A stretch of 63,600 bases of DNA, counting the filler, from Reclinomonas americana ATCC 50394 (Eukaryota): NCBI GenBank assembly GCA_048213135.1. It is 3 parts of 3 records of this genome, joined end to end, with 100 filler letters (N's around TTAATTAATTAA, not from the genome) between each part and the next. Parts side by side here need not be neighbours in the genome. Positions count along the whole stretch, not along the records: positions 29,527 to 60,513 come from PS015382.1; 2 more parts are not named here. One strand, given 5' to 3'. The position numbers and the translations under genes were made by a program. Numbering within the stretch: position 1 is the stretch's first letter; the number at the start of each line of letters is the position of its first letter. Positions 36,201-48,780 of this stretch are shown here, one piece after another. The notes under the pieces are model-generated. The model saw only the letters and a program-made list of their open reading frames with translations, did no database searches and was not told the DNA's origin.

Positions 36201-39200
36201 GTCAAAGGGGGCGACAAAGAAGCAGCAGAGGAAATCGGGTACGGAACCGCCAGAGAGCTGGCTGAGCGTGCGACCCAAGAACTCGCCACCATCGACGGCA
36301 CGCGCCGCCGGCGTCTCATGGGAACGCGAGCGAGTGAGCAGCACCTCGGCAGTGGCGGCTGCCGGGGAACGCAGGCCAGGAGTGCGGGGCTGGAACACAT
36401 CAGCGCCCGTGAACTGCACCTGCGGCGTGGCGGGACTCTTCAGGTCCCATCCGCCACCGTACACGAGGCCTTCGTGCGGGTTCATGCCCGACAGGCGTTC
36501 TCCGTGATCGAACATGGCGGCGACTTCGTCTGCTTGTGTTGTGAGCAGCAGCACTTCTCCGAGCATCATCATTTTGAGACACGACGCAACTCTCGTCCTT
36601 GCCCGGCCACGCCATGAAAAGCGATGCCAGGTTCAGCTTGAGAAGCACACGAATGCAAATCTCCGTCACCACGCCGGCATAGGCGGCGGCCACTTCCGAC
36701 GCTGCGCACGGCGTGAGACGAGGTGACGGGGAAGGGCAACACACAAACACACACACACCCTCGCCAGCTGCGTCCTCCTTCTTGAAAAAGGCGTTGGCAC
36801 GACGAAGCACCCAGCTTCGCAGACGCTGTGCGCTGCGGCGTTGCAGTGCCAGGGACACGGCAGTGCGCGCCACAGCAGTCGGCAGCGCCGCGACATCACC
36901 CTGCGCCTCGACCAGCTGGAACTCGCGCGACAGCAACTCCAGCGCGTGCGACAGGCAGCGACCACCCGGGTACAACTTCAGCGACACGGCAAAGGCCGTG
37001 CGCGACACGTCGTCGAGAATGCGCTCGGTTGACGTCGGAAGCGCGTGCATCGGCTCCTCTGGAGCCTCCTGCGCAGCACCATCGGCCGACCCAGCAGCAG
37101 CAGCGGAGGCGGCGGCAAATGGATTCTGCGCACACAACGGTGTGAGACATGAGCAATACGAGTGTGCGCGTGTGTTTTTGCGTGAACGCAACCGACACAG
37201 AGGCACCCGCGGACACAGACGGCGACAAAAAGGCCGGAGTCGCCGGCACATTGGTGTCCTCCACTTGCACCAAATCCAGCAGGTGCAAGAGGCGAGCACC
37301 GTCGGATTCGCCCGCGCGTACCGAGCCCGGCATGCACTGCACGCAGTGATCGCGTGAGCCGGGAGCGCATCTCGTCAACATGCACATGAACACAGGATGG
37401 TACTCACCAGATCGGTGAACAGATCACGCTCCGCCGACTTGAGGTTGCTGCCAATGGGAAGCTGCAGCGTTTTTTGTGTGTGGCGATAAGTGCATGTGTC
37501 GAACCTCTATCGAAAGAACAGCCGAGTGACTCACCTGACGCTCAACCACAGCGTCGACGCACAGATCAAAGAATGACACCTCACTCGGCACATCAGACGC
37601 CGACACAAGGCCAGTGCCGCGGAGCACGTCAAAGTCGATGCCACCCTGCATGAGGTCCGTGTCGAGCATGCGCTGGTACTGCGTCTCCACCGGCAGCAGC
37701 GACGGACCGTGGAAGAGCTGCAAACAGCGCTGTCAGCCACCAAAAAAACTCACAATCATTAGAAACGAAATGCGCACCCGTCTCGCAAGCACCACCGACG
37801 TGTGTGCCGTGCTGCTGTGCAGGCGGGAGACAACGGTCTCGCCAGAGGCCGGCAAGTAGCCGGTGACAGCAACTCGGAAACCCCAGCGCGACTCGGGAGT
37901 GTCGCCCACGCCGTGCTCGGCGCCCGGAGCCACCGTAAAGTTGACGTAGACGGTGTCGCCCGGGATGATGAGACTGCGGTCCAGCAAGTCGATGCTGCCG
38001 AAACCAGCCGCGCGACCGCCACAGTACGTCTGGTGCATGGGCGTGCAGTACGCGCGCATCGGATCGGCGGCCTCACCGCTGGCCGGTCGCGGCGCCGGGG
38101 CGCTGAATTCGAGCGTGTCGCCGAGCGCAGCCGTGCATGTGCGCGGATCCAACTGCAGGCGCAGGAACTGTGCGCCGGGAATGCTGACCTCGAACGACTT
38201 GCAGTAGACGGCAGGGTACGGGTGCGGCGACTCGACCACCACCGTGCGCTCTTGCGCCGTCTGTGCTGGCACTGCGCGGCTCGACTCGCCACCACCGCTG
38301 CTGCTGCCGCTCGACACAAACTCGCGCACCACCGGCTGCAACACCGCCAGCGCGTGACGAATCTCGTGAATGGTCGCCAAAAACGTGGTCAGCTCGTGTC
38401 GTTGTGCGGCGCTGTGCATGCTCGGAAAATAAGCACACTTGCGCCACGTAGGCAACGAGGTCTGTGTGTGCACGCAACAAGGCTTCCACCGGGTCCGCGT
38501 CGGTCACACCGGCGTCCTTGTCGGTGCGCTCCATCTCCGCAAACACCGCCAGCACCAGCGGGAGCGCCTTGCTGAGCAGTGCCGACGACTCAGTGTACGC
38601 CAAGATGCGCGCAATCGGCAGCTGACCCGCCTGGAAGAGATCCACCACGCGACGCAGCAGCGACGCACAGAGACGTGCCAGCGTGTAGCACGCGGCATGT
38701 GCCTCAGTACGGTGCTCCTTCGACTTGACGCCACAAATGTGAGGAACAATCATCATCATTACACAAATGTCGCGCACCACCACCCACGTACCTCGGAGTA
38801 GCCCTGCAGAATGACGCGTGCCACACGCAGCGCCAAGCCCATCTCCACATTCTCCAGCACGGTGGCACGCATGTCGAGACGCGCCGCAATCACCGCATCA
38901 TGCAACGAGGCCACCTCCGCCGCCAAATCCTGCAGGCTCATGCCCACCCAGTCGATCCGCACGAGCGGGGTGTCGCGGTTACGGCGATGCTTGTTCTCGT
39001 GGCGGTCGCGATTCTGCGACTTGCTGTAGCCGCGGTAGCACGGCGGGTACCGGCACATGTAGCGACTCGGAGGCTCCAGCGAGCCCGACGCCGCCGCCAG
39101 CAGCCTGCTGCACGCCTCACGCACCGCAAAGCCGCGCATGTCATCCTCCGCAGACAGACGCGACACGTACGCATTGTCAACCACTCGACGTGTCTCATAC

Positions 39201-39414
39201 GCTGCGCAGATGATGACAGATGATGAGCCTTGATTTGGATGCATGCATGTACACACACAATGCACTCTCTCTGTGTGTTTCTCTCACCGCTCAGTGGGCG
39301 CAGAGGGTTTATGGGGTGCGGAGCAAGAAGCTCCGCGTATTGACGGCGTTGCTCGTCGGTGACATGCAGCGGAATATCTAGCAATTGCGACAACACCTCT
39401 GTCAACGACGCCAT
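27244..39414 (-). CDS. Large MYCBP2/PHR-like E3 ubiquitin ligase (RING-H2 plus tandem-cysteine RCR domain)
   Basis: C-term [58 protein letters not shown]...ISFSFSKCSLCK; FYKCHKCREPYFGGERVC...ELVCSSC...[35 protein letters not shown]...CPLGVAHAPNGQEYCLGCSVCRKPRK*. N-term C2H2 finger (CRYPPCYRGYSKSQNRDRHENKH) and CUB-like VESPHPY...WGFRV. Continuity across the gaps is inferred. Confidence 0.75.
29471..29482. other. Artificial six-frame-stop scaffold linker
   Basis: TTAATTAATTAA centred between two equal N runs. Confidence 0.9.
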
Positions 39415-39585
39415 GACACCTTACACACACGCACACAGAGAGAGAAAGGTAGCAGGAGAGAGAAAGCACACACACACACACAAAGGGGGGAAGCGCGGTG
39501 GCGTGTGCGTGCCGATAAAAGTGAAAGTGTGTGTGAATGGGCGGGGGGAGTTGTGACGCGAGAGGACATGTCGACTTCGTTGTGT

Positions 39586-41876
39586 TCATTTTTGGAAGGG
39601 GTTGTGCTCCACCAGGTCCTCTTGTACGGCCTTGAGTTCGTGGTCGATCTCTCGGGCGTTGCGGTCGACCCACATCCAGATTTCCGTGACACGGCTGCGG
39701 TTTTGCTTGTGGTCGCGGTCGACCAGGCGGCGTCGGAGTGCCTGGAAATTCTCCTCTTCTTGCTTGGCCAACGAGTCATCCTGTACGGAGAGATGTTGAG
39801 AATACGTGTGTTGGCCTTTTTTCCCCCCTCTTGTACACACCTTGTTGCTCAGCAACGAAAGGCGCGCGTCGTGGGCCACCTTGAGAAGTGTTTTCGCCAC
39901 TTCCTTGTCGCGCAGCAGCTGCTCAAGGCGCGGTGAGATGCGTCTGCTGTGATGGTAGACGTGACTGCTTCAACGTACCCCAATACCGCGCTCCGACAGG
40001 CCGAGTTCCTGCAGCACCTGCTCGCCCTCCTCGGTCGACGCCTGGTCCATGCCCCACTGCAGCCGCTTCTGCTGCTCCTGATAAAAAGCGTCCTCGTCGG
40101 CACGCAGATCCTCAAAGCTACGCGAGCAGTGAGCGCGCGAATGCAGACAAAGCAAGGGGGCAGGGAGCGCAACTTTCGGCGAATGGCATCGACACACAAG
40201 TCACGCGTTTGCTCCATGACGTTGATGTACTCGTCAATGACATTCTGCGCGTTGGTGGTGGTGGTGGTGAGTGAGTGATGCGAACGGGTTCATGCAAGGC
40301 ACAACCATGACTCACCGAGAACTGCTCGACACGGGTGACCTCCATCTCCAGCAACTTGACCGTCATGGCCTCGTTCTCCTGCTTCAGTCGAATCAGTTTG
40401 GCCTCGTCCTCGGCCGGGTCCGACGTCTGCGCCTTGACCTCCATCAAAATCTGTGACGCGAGAGGGGGGGGGGGGGGCGGTGAGTTGATGGACACAGTGG
40501 AGGGGCTGCTGCATCTCCCGCACCTGTTTCAGTTCGCGCTCAAACGCCTTGATCATGGCCTTGGCGGCGGTGTTCTTCTCCTCGTTGGCCGAGTTGATCA
40601 CGCTCTCAAAGTCCGCCGTCTCCAACTCCTTGTCGTGGTACAAGGTAAACATCTCCTCGGCCAGCGCATGCTTGGTCTCCTCAAACTTGGCGCGGTATCT
40701 GTGTGGGAGAGATTTAGCAGACAGTTTTCGCCTTGATACTGCCACTCGCACACACTGCACACGCAACGCTTCAGTGCACTCGACAAACAGTGTCTCCAGG
40801 TCCTTGTAGCGCGGGTCGGCATCTTCGTCAAACATGTAGCGGAACAGCGTGACAATGCCCGCCATGTTGACTTTCTGTGATGTGGAATGTTGAGCGCCAC
40901 ACTTGCGTCATCATCTCTCCCGCACACCCAACGCAACTTCGTACTCGGCCTCCTCCTTGGTCACCTGCTTGGCGCGCTGCCGGTCCTCCTTCTCCGTCTG
41001 GTCCTGCTCCTCGAGGTTGAGCACCAGGTTGATGAAGCGATCGCGCGCCTTTTCGAACTTGGCCCCGTCCACCAGTCGATAGTCGAGGAAGCGCAGCTTT
41101 TGCAGGTGCACCAGAATAAAGGCGCTGCTGTCGGGGTCCTCGCAGAACGGATTGCCCTCCACCACCAGCAAGCGCAAGCGACGGAATCGTCGCAAGTAGG
41201 CCAACTGAACGAGAGAGAGACAGTTAGCAACACATTTGCCCCGTTTGTTGTTTCTCTTGCATACAAACCTCCTGATAGCTGGTCAACTGATTCTTGCCGA
41301 GGGAGAGACACTCGAGCTTCTGCAGCGAGTCCAAGTTCTCCACCTTCTTGATCTGATTCGAGTAGAGAATGAGGTCGGTGAGGTTGACGAGTGCCTCCAG
41401 TCCCTCAATCTTCTCAATCTTGTTGAACGACAGATCGAGCCACTCCAGCGTGGGGATGCTCGACAGCGCCTCGATCTTGGTGATCTCGTTGTTATCCAGC
41501 TGCAGCTTGCGCAGCGCGTGCAAGCCCACCAGGTTGCTGATGCGATGAATGCCACGAAACGAGAACATCAGGTGCTCAATGTCCTTGATCTCCATCTTCT
41601 CCTTTTGCTTCGCCGCCTCCTCCGCCTTGCGATCGACGCCTGCGCGGAGGGTGTCAGTGAGGCACATCACCACGGGCAGGAGTGCGTGATGGATGAGCAC
41701 GCACCGAGAACAGCTGCTGCGCTGTCACCATCCGTCACCGTCGGCACAAAGATACACTTCATAATGAGGTCCTCGTCAATGACTGCGTATTGTGGTCGCG
41801 AGCCACTCCCGCCTGCGCCTCCCGCCACCACGACAGCGCCTCCACCAACGCCACTGGGCCCAGCTGCTGACGCCAT
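39586..41876 (-). CDS. DRC3: Dynein regulatory complex subunit 3 (LRRC48)
   Basis: VIDEDLIMKCI; SDS22-like LRRs (LMFSFRGIHRISNLVGLHALRKLQLDNNEITKIE, LEWLDLSFNKIEKIEGL); LRRcap LRFLDYRLVD; coiled-coil C-term with HKQNRSRVTEI. Confidence 0.85.
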
Positions 41877-41964
41877 TTGCTCTCTCTCTCGTACGATGAG
41901 GGACAATCACGGTTAAACGACCTGCGGGTGACGTCATCGATTGACGCATTGTGCGAGAGAGGAG

Positions 41965-43868
41965 ATGGACGCGGTGCTCGTCAATGTGCTGCTGCGCGTG
42001 TTTGTCGCGCTGTTCCCGCACTCTGGTGTGCTTTCCCCCTTCTCCAACTCGCTCGTTTCTGTCCGCTCATTTGTTGAGAAAAGGCGAGGGACGGCCGCCG
42101 ATGTTTGGGGACTTTGAGGCGCAGCGGCACTGGATGGAGGTGACTGTGGCACTGCCGCGGGAGCAGTGGTACGTCCACTCATTACCCGACAACGATCTGA
42201 TGTATTGGGGACTCGATTATCCGCCACTCTCCGCCTATCACAGTCTGCTCGCCGGCCACGTGTTGCGTGACGCCCACACACACACGTACAACACACACAC
42301 TCACCCTCTCACATGGATGCCAACCTGCAATTCCTCTTTCATATGTCAGCGCGGAACTGGTGGTTCCGGACTTGGTCGCCCTGCATTCCTCGCGCGGTCA
42401 CGAGTCGCTCGCTGGCAAGGTCTTTATGCGAGCCTCGGCACTGATCGCCGACATTCTCGTGTACTTTGTCGCCATTCTCGCCTGCTGGCGCATCTTTCGG
42501 CATGTGCAAAAGTCCGTGGATCATGTGATTCCGCCGCGATCGGCCTCCCTGTTTGCGCTGCTGGCGGCGCCGCCTCTCATTCTAGTGGATCACGGTCACT
42601 TTCAGTACAATGTGGTTAGCCTGGGAGTGACGGCGTTGGCCTGCGCATTCGCTGCTGTGCACGCGGATGGACTGTGCGCGGTGTGCTTCACGCTGGCGAT
42701 CTGCTACAAGCAAATGTCGCTGGCGCACGCGCCGGCCTTGTTTGTGTACTTGCTGGCACAGTGTGCGCTGCGTGCCACGTGGAGCAAGCGGTGAGCCTCG
42801 ATCCTGTCTCCTGGGTGTGCGTAAGTGGCCTTCTGACGGCGATTCAGTGTGATGCATTTTGCGTGGATTGGCTTGTGTACGTTGTCCACCATTGCTGTGG
42901 TGTGGCTGCCGCTGGCCAGCACCGCCGTGGACGTGCTGCATCGCATGTTCCCCGTCGGCCGTGGTCTCTACGAGGACAAGGTGGGGTGTAGCGTGTTGTC
43001 TGCGGAGCAGAGGCAGTGCGACTGACCGCACGTGCCAGGTGGCCAATTTGTGGTGCTCGATTGCGCCCTTCTTCAAGCTCAAGGACGTGACGCCACTGTC
43101 CACGCAAGTGCGCGTGTGGTGAGTGACTGTTCCCACTCGGTCCATTTGCTTGCACGCTCATTATTTTTCGAGCAGTCTGCTGTTCACGCTGCTGTCGATT
43201 GCGCCGCCGTGCCTGCTGCTGTGGCTCCGCCGACGGTGGCACGCCAGCGGCCCGGTGCACCTTTTGCGCTGCCTGATCATCAGCTCTCTCGGCTTCTTCT
43301 TGTGCGCCTTCCACATGCACGAAAAGAGCATTCTGCTGGTGGTGCTGCCGGTGACGCTGTTGCTGGCCACACCCGACTTGTCGCCCCTCGAACGCGCCAT
43401 TTGCGTCTGGTTCATCACGGTGTCCACGTTCAGGTGCGTTGATGCTGTTGTGAGACCTCTTCAGCAACGCTGGACTCACTCGAGCGCGCACAGCATGTAT
43501 CCGCTGTTGGAGCGTGATGGCCTCTCGGTTCCGTACGTTGTTTTGACCGTGTTGTGGACGTGGTGGATGCGACGAGAACTCGTCTGCATTCGCTGGCTGT
43601 GTGTGGTGCGCGATGATAGAGAAAGTGGGTTGCTTCTTTCTCCCTCATTCATTCTCACTCTTTGTTTGACGCACAGCTGTCGACAGTGGCCATGCTCGCA
43701 CTGCACGCATGCATGGCATTGCTGCGCGCACCGGCACGCTACCCAGACCTGTGGCCGTACCTGATCACCACGTGCTCATTCGGCCACTTTGCCCTCTTCT
43801 ACGTGTACCAACTGGTGCGCATGTACCGCGACACCGGCAGTGCCGACACCAAGGCCAAGGAACAATAA
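41965..43868 (+). CDS. ALG6: Dolichyl-P-Glc:Man9GlcNAc2-PP-dolichol alpha-1,3-glucosyltransferase
   Basis: [98 protein letters not shown]. Confidence 0.93.
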
Positions 43869-43988
43869 TTGAAAACACATTCTTGATAGACTCTTTATGC
43901 GACACGATCACAGAGAACAGGGAGAGAGAGAGAGAGAGGCATCACCAAGATGATGATGTAGAAGAGGGAACCAATCATGGACCCCCGC

Positions 43989-46900
43989 TCATGTACGGTT
44001 CTCGTCCTCTCGCACCTTGTAGATGCGTACCATCCAATGCTCTGTTGTGTACGCCTCTTCCAGGTATTCCATCTCGAATTCTTTGTGCCCAATTTCTGTA
44101 CTCCGTACGCGATCCCAGCCAGTTGGTTTTCCTGTGGTGATGGAGAACCAAGTAGGTAAGCCACAATAGAACTCTACTTCCACACACACACACACACACG
44201 CACACACACTCTATTGCCCTCGGTCTCTCCCGCTCTCTCTCTCTCTCTCGCTCTCTCGCTCGCTCGCTCTCTTTCCCTCTTTCTCTCGTCCTCCGAGCTC
44301 TTTCCCTCACTCCCTCCCTCCCCTCTCTCTCCGTGACACTCACCATATTCTGTCATGACCTCGCCGAATCGATAGTAACACATCTTGTACATCATGCTGT
44401 TGTGTAAGCGTGGCGGCGCGTCCTCGTCTACTCGATACTCGCCACGACGACTGCGTACAGAGAGAGAGACACAATGTGGCGCTCAGTCACCGCGGGCCGT
44501 TGTGCATCACCTCCAAATGCACCCGCACGCAACGTCATGTAATCCGTGTCCTTGAACGACGAATCAATGGAGCCAGCGATACGAATCATCCACAAGAACT
44601 TGTTGATATCATCCGAGGCGTAGCCCGTCATGCCACCGCACACCACCAGCACGTAGTCGACGTCGAGCGCACGCAGCACATTCAGGCCGACCTCCTCGGT
44701 GCTGGCAAACGCCTTGGCCACCGTGGCAATGTGCGTGTTGTTCCACGTGTTGTTATCGACAATGACGGTTCTGTTGGCCATACCCGATATCTGCGTGGTG
44801 ATGGTGGAGGATGGTGAGTTACGTGTGTGCGCGCACATAGGCCATCACCTGGGTGCCACGCAACTTGATAACCATAATCCCACCAACTCATAATCTTGGC
44901 ATCCGGTGGGGTGTTGTAGCGGAGCCAGTGGTACGCCTCACGGAAATCGTCGAAAATGATGCGGTTGCCGCGCATGCTGCGCGCCGCCATGACAATGGAC
45001 GGCGACGAGTACGCCTCCGAGGTGACCCAGATCGAGTGGCGCACGTAGAAGAAGAGCAGGAAGGTGATGAGCACGATCATGGCGATCGAGAGGAAGCGGT
45101 TCATGAACGGGCGCTCGACAGCGACGGCCTTTCTGCCCGCCGACGGGTCCACCACGTCATCGTCGGGGCCTGTACGAGGAGAGGCAAGTGAGGCGGGGAG
45201 ATACAGGATAATATCATGGCCGCGCAGCTACGTACCAGTCTTGAAGACCCACATTAGATTGTTCATGCTCGAGGAGAGACCAATGCCAGCCAGCAGGCAG
45301 GCCACCGGAGCCAACACCAGCATCAAACGCACCATTACGCCGGCAAAGTACACACTGGTGACACCGTACAGGGCCAGGAAGAGCACGCCGTCGGTCTTTG
45401 GGTTCTCCCACGGCGTCTGGTAGCACACGTACAGACCTGCGTGACGAAGCGCAGTTAGCGGCAATGCCAGACACCATAGATGTAAACAAACACTACGCAC
45501 CAATGGGGAACAGGTACACGAGAATGTGCAGATCAAAGAAGAACGACGCCCAAGTGGTCGGCTGATGCTCAGACACGGAGGCGATAATGGGCACGTGGTC
45601 CTTGGCGTATGTCGGATCGAGCAGCGCGATGAAACGACCCGTCCAGCCCGGCGAGTCTGTGTGCATCAGTAGTGAGGAGAGAGGTCCACATGGAGAGTGA
45701 TCCGTCGGGAGAAGGAAAACGCAACAGCCAGTCAGGGCAAGAATGACAAAGAACAGCATGAAGGACAGCATGAGCGCGCGGATCGTGGTGCGCGTGACAC
45801 GCTCAAAGGCCTCACTCGACAGGTGGCTGCGGAGCCAGCGCACGCCACAGAAGAGCTGCAAGCCGATGAAGGTGACCAGCGCCAGCAAGTGCTCGGAGCT
45901 CTGCACGGCCTGGAAGTTCACAAAGCGCACTTGCATGGAGAGCATCGTGCCGAGAATGTAGAACGAGGTGTAGGCCACGTAGAGACGGTTGGTGTACCGG
46001 CCGAACAGGATCATCAGGATCTGGGCGGAGAGGCAAGCGGGTGAGTCCACAAGCGTCGCACACACGCAGACGCTTCTCTGTTATCAAGCCAGCGACGCAA
46101 CGACGTACAGCGGGATGAGGTTGATGATGAAAATGTAGCCGCCCCACGCAAACACCATGTAGGCGTAGCCGAGGCAGCAGAAGGTGGACCAGAAGAGCGA
46201 GCCCGTGTTGACGGACTTGACCCACAAGTAGAAGGTGATATTCATCGCAAAGATCGCAATGGCTTCGTTATCGTACGAGCCGGCGACCGAGCGTGAAATG
46301 TAGCCTGCCAACAAACACGTGAGTCGCCACAGTGGAAGAGAGAGAGAGAGAGAGAGCGTGTACGCACCAGGCACAATGGCGAGGAAGGCGGCCGCAAACA
46401 GACCGGCCTTCTCATCGCGCACCTCCTTGCCGAAAAAGTAGGCGACCATCGATGTGTTGGCGGCGAAGACGGGTGCGAGGAACACGCACACGTTGCGCAC
46501 GGACAGCGGGAAGGTGAGGAACGACAGGATGTAGTACAGGCCGGCCGCGGTCATCATCAATCCTGTCAGCGAGAGAAAGAGTGAATGCGAGTGGGCGAGG
46601 GAACAGAGTGTGCCGGAGATTCAAAACACACCAGGGTACACGGTGCCGCCAATGATACGACCAAGCGGGTACCAGCTGCGCACGACAAGTGAGCACACAG
46701 GGACGAATGCACACGACACAGCGCAGCACGGAAGCACAACCGACCTGGCATCGTCGAACCAGTTGTAGAACTTGTAAAAGCCCTCCTCAATGAGGAACTT
46801 GGTGGTGCGGAAGTTGAACCAGGGATCGAACTATGCGCGGAAAGACAGAGAACGTGTCATGCACACACGCACAACAACAGCGGCAGTGGCTTGCTGGCAG

Positions 46901-47437
46901 AGCGAACCTCATGAATGACTGTATGCAATGCACGCGCGCATGAGAATCGCAAGTCGCAAGCAACGCATCAAGACAGACACATAACGCACCGCTCTCGTAG
47001 CGCAACACGGCAAACAGTCGCACCATGAACGCTGCAGCGGAACAAGTGAGAAAGAGAGAGCGCACAGACAGAGTGGACATGACCATGCCGCACTCACCCA
47101 CGACGCAAATGAGACCGAGAATGAGCACTCGCAGCACGACTTCCTGCACACGCGCGCGCAAGAGAGAGAGAGAGCAAGCCATCAGCGCCCAATGCAACGA
47201 GCAAGACGAAAGTGAGAGTAAGTGAGAAAGAGAACCTTGTGCTGATACGCATTCCAACCTGCACACACACACATGCATACACACAGACAATCAGCGCATG
47301 CAAGACACATGAGCAGCACACACACACACACCGTCTTCCAGGTAACCAATGATACCCTGCGACTGTTGCTGCTGTTGCTGCTGCTGTTGCTGCGACTTGC
47401 TGGACGAGGCCGCAACCACGCCGCCTGCTCCCTCCAT
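43989..47437 (-). CDS. STT3: Oligosaccharyltransferase catalytic subunit STT3
   Basis: [109 protein letters not shown]. Confidence 0.96.
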
Positions 47438-47542
47438 TCACACAAAGAGGAAACAACGCACACGCGCGACACAGAGAAGTGAGTGAGTGACAGAGAGACA
47501 GACACGCGGAATTTTCATATCGTGTGACGCGAACTTGGAGAC

Positions 47543-48546
47543 ATGGTGGTGCGTGTCTTACGTTGCATACTCTGTGCCTTTGCTCTTGCTGCTTGCCATG
47601 AGCCTCTGCGCGCGCGCGTGTGTGTCTCTCTGCGTCTGTGTTTATTTTTGCGCGTGGCCATGCTGACATGTCACGCACTCTCTCTTGTTGCTCACACACA
47701 CGCGCAGTTTGTGCTTGTCATTGGCGATCTGCACATTCCGCATCGCGCGGCTGACTTGCCTCCGACATTCAAGACAATGCTGGTCAGTGTTGCTCTCACA
47801 CACACACACAACATGCAATTATCCGCGCGCGCTCACTCTCTGCTCTTCACACGCACACACAAGGTACCCGGCAAGATCCAGCACATTCTGTGCACCGGCA
47901 ACGTGTGCACCAAGGAGGCCTTTGAGTACCTCAAGACCATTTGCTCCGACATTCACCTCGCAAGAGGCGACTTTGATGATATGTCTCTCCTCATTGTCTG
48001 TCTGCCTTCCTTCCACTCGCTCATGCGCGTGTGTGTGAGCGCACAGAAGATCAGGGAGAATGTGCCAGAGTACGATGTGGTGACACTCGGCGGCTTCAAG
48101 ATTGGCCTCATTCACGGCCATCAGGTGGTGCCGTGGGGCGACAAGGAGGCACTGGCAATGTGGCAGCGCAAGCTCGATGTCGATGTGCTGGTCTCGGGGC
48201 ACACACATGAGGTGCAGAGTGTGTTGAGTGAGAGCAGCGGAGCAGGAAGGGGCGTTCTCATGCATCGTTCTTGTCAGGTGCGTGCGTATGAGCACGAGAA
48301 GAAGTTCTATTTGAATCCGGGATCGGCCACGGGTGCGTTCAGCGCATTGAGAAGGTTTGTTGGCGTCGCTGTTGTTGTGCGTGCGTGTGTATGTAACGCT
48401 CATGGCGTGGGGGTGGCAGCGAGGCGGAGACAGTACCATCATTCATCCTCATGGACGTGCAAAATACGCAAATCGTCACGTACGTGTATCAGTTCGACAA
48501 GGAACTGGTGGTGCGCAAGAAGGTCTTCAACAAGGAGGAGGCGTAG
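47543..48546 (+). CDS. VPS29: Retromer subunit VPS29
   Basis: [72 protein letters not shown]. Confidence 0.95.
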
Positions 48547-48780
48547 GCTTGATCTCCTCGTCGCTTTTCTATGTTTTGTGTGTGCGTGTGTGTGTGGTGC
48601 GGACCGGCTTCTTGCGCGTGTGCTATTGAAAAATGGAACCCTGTCTGCGTTTCTCTTGTCTTTCTTTTCTCTTTGGTTGTTGCATTGAAAAAACAAGTTG
48701 AATGTCTATGCTACACACACACACACACGCGCTCTCTCGCTCTCTCTGGCACACACACAGTTTCGCTCACTTGCTGCGCC

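Noticed and set aside
47981..48054. Apparent AT-AG non-canonical intron in VPS29
   Set aside because: A canonical GT(47983)-AG(48054) intron gives DFDDMENVPE with the expected VPS29 spacing, so no non-canonical site is needed.
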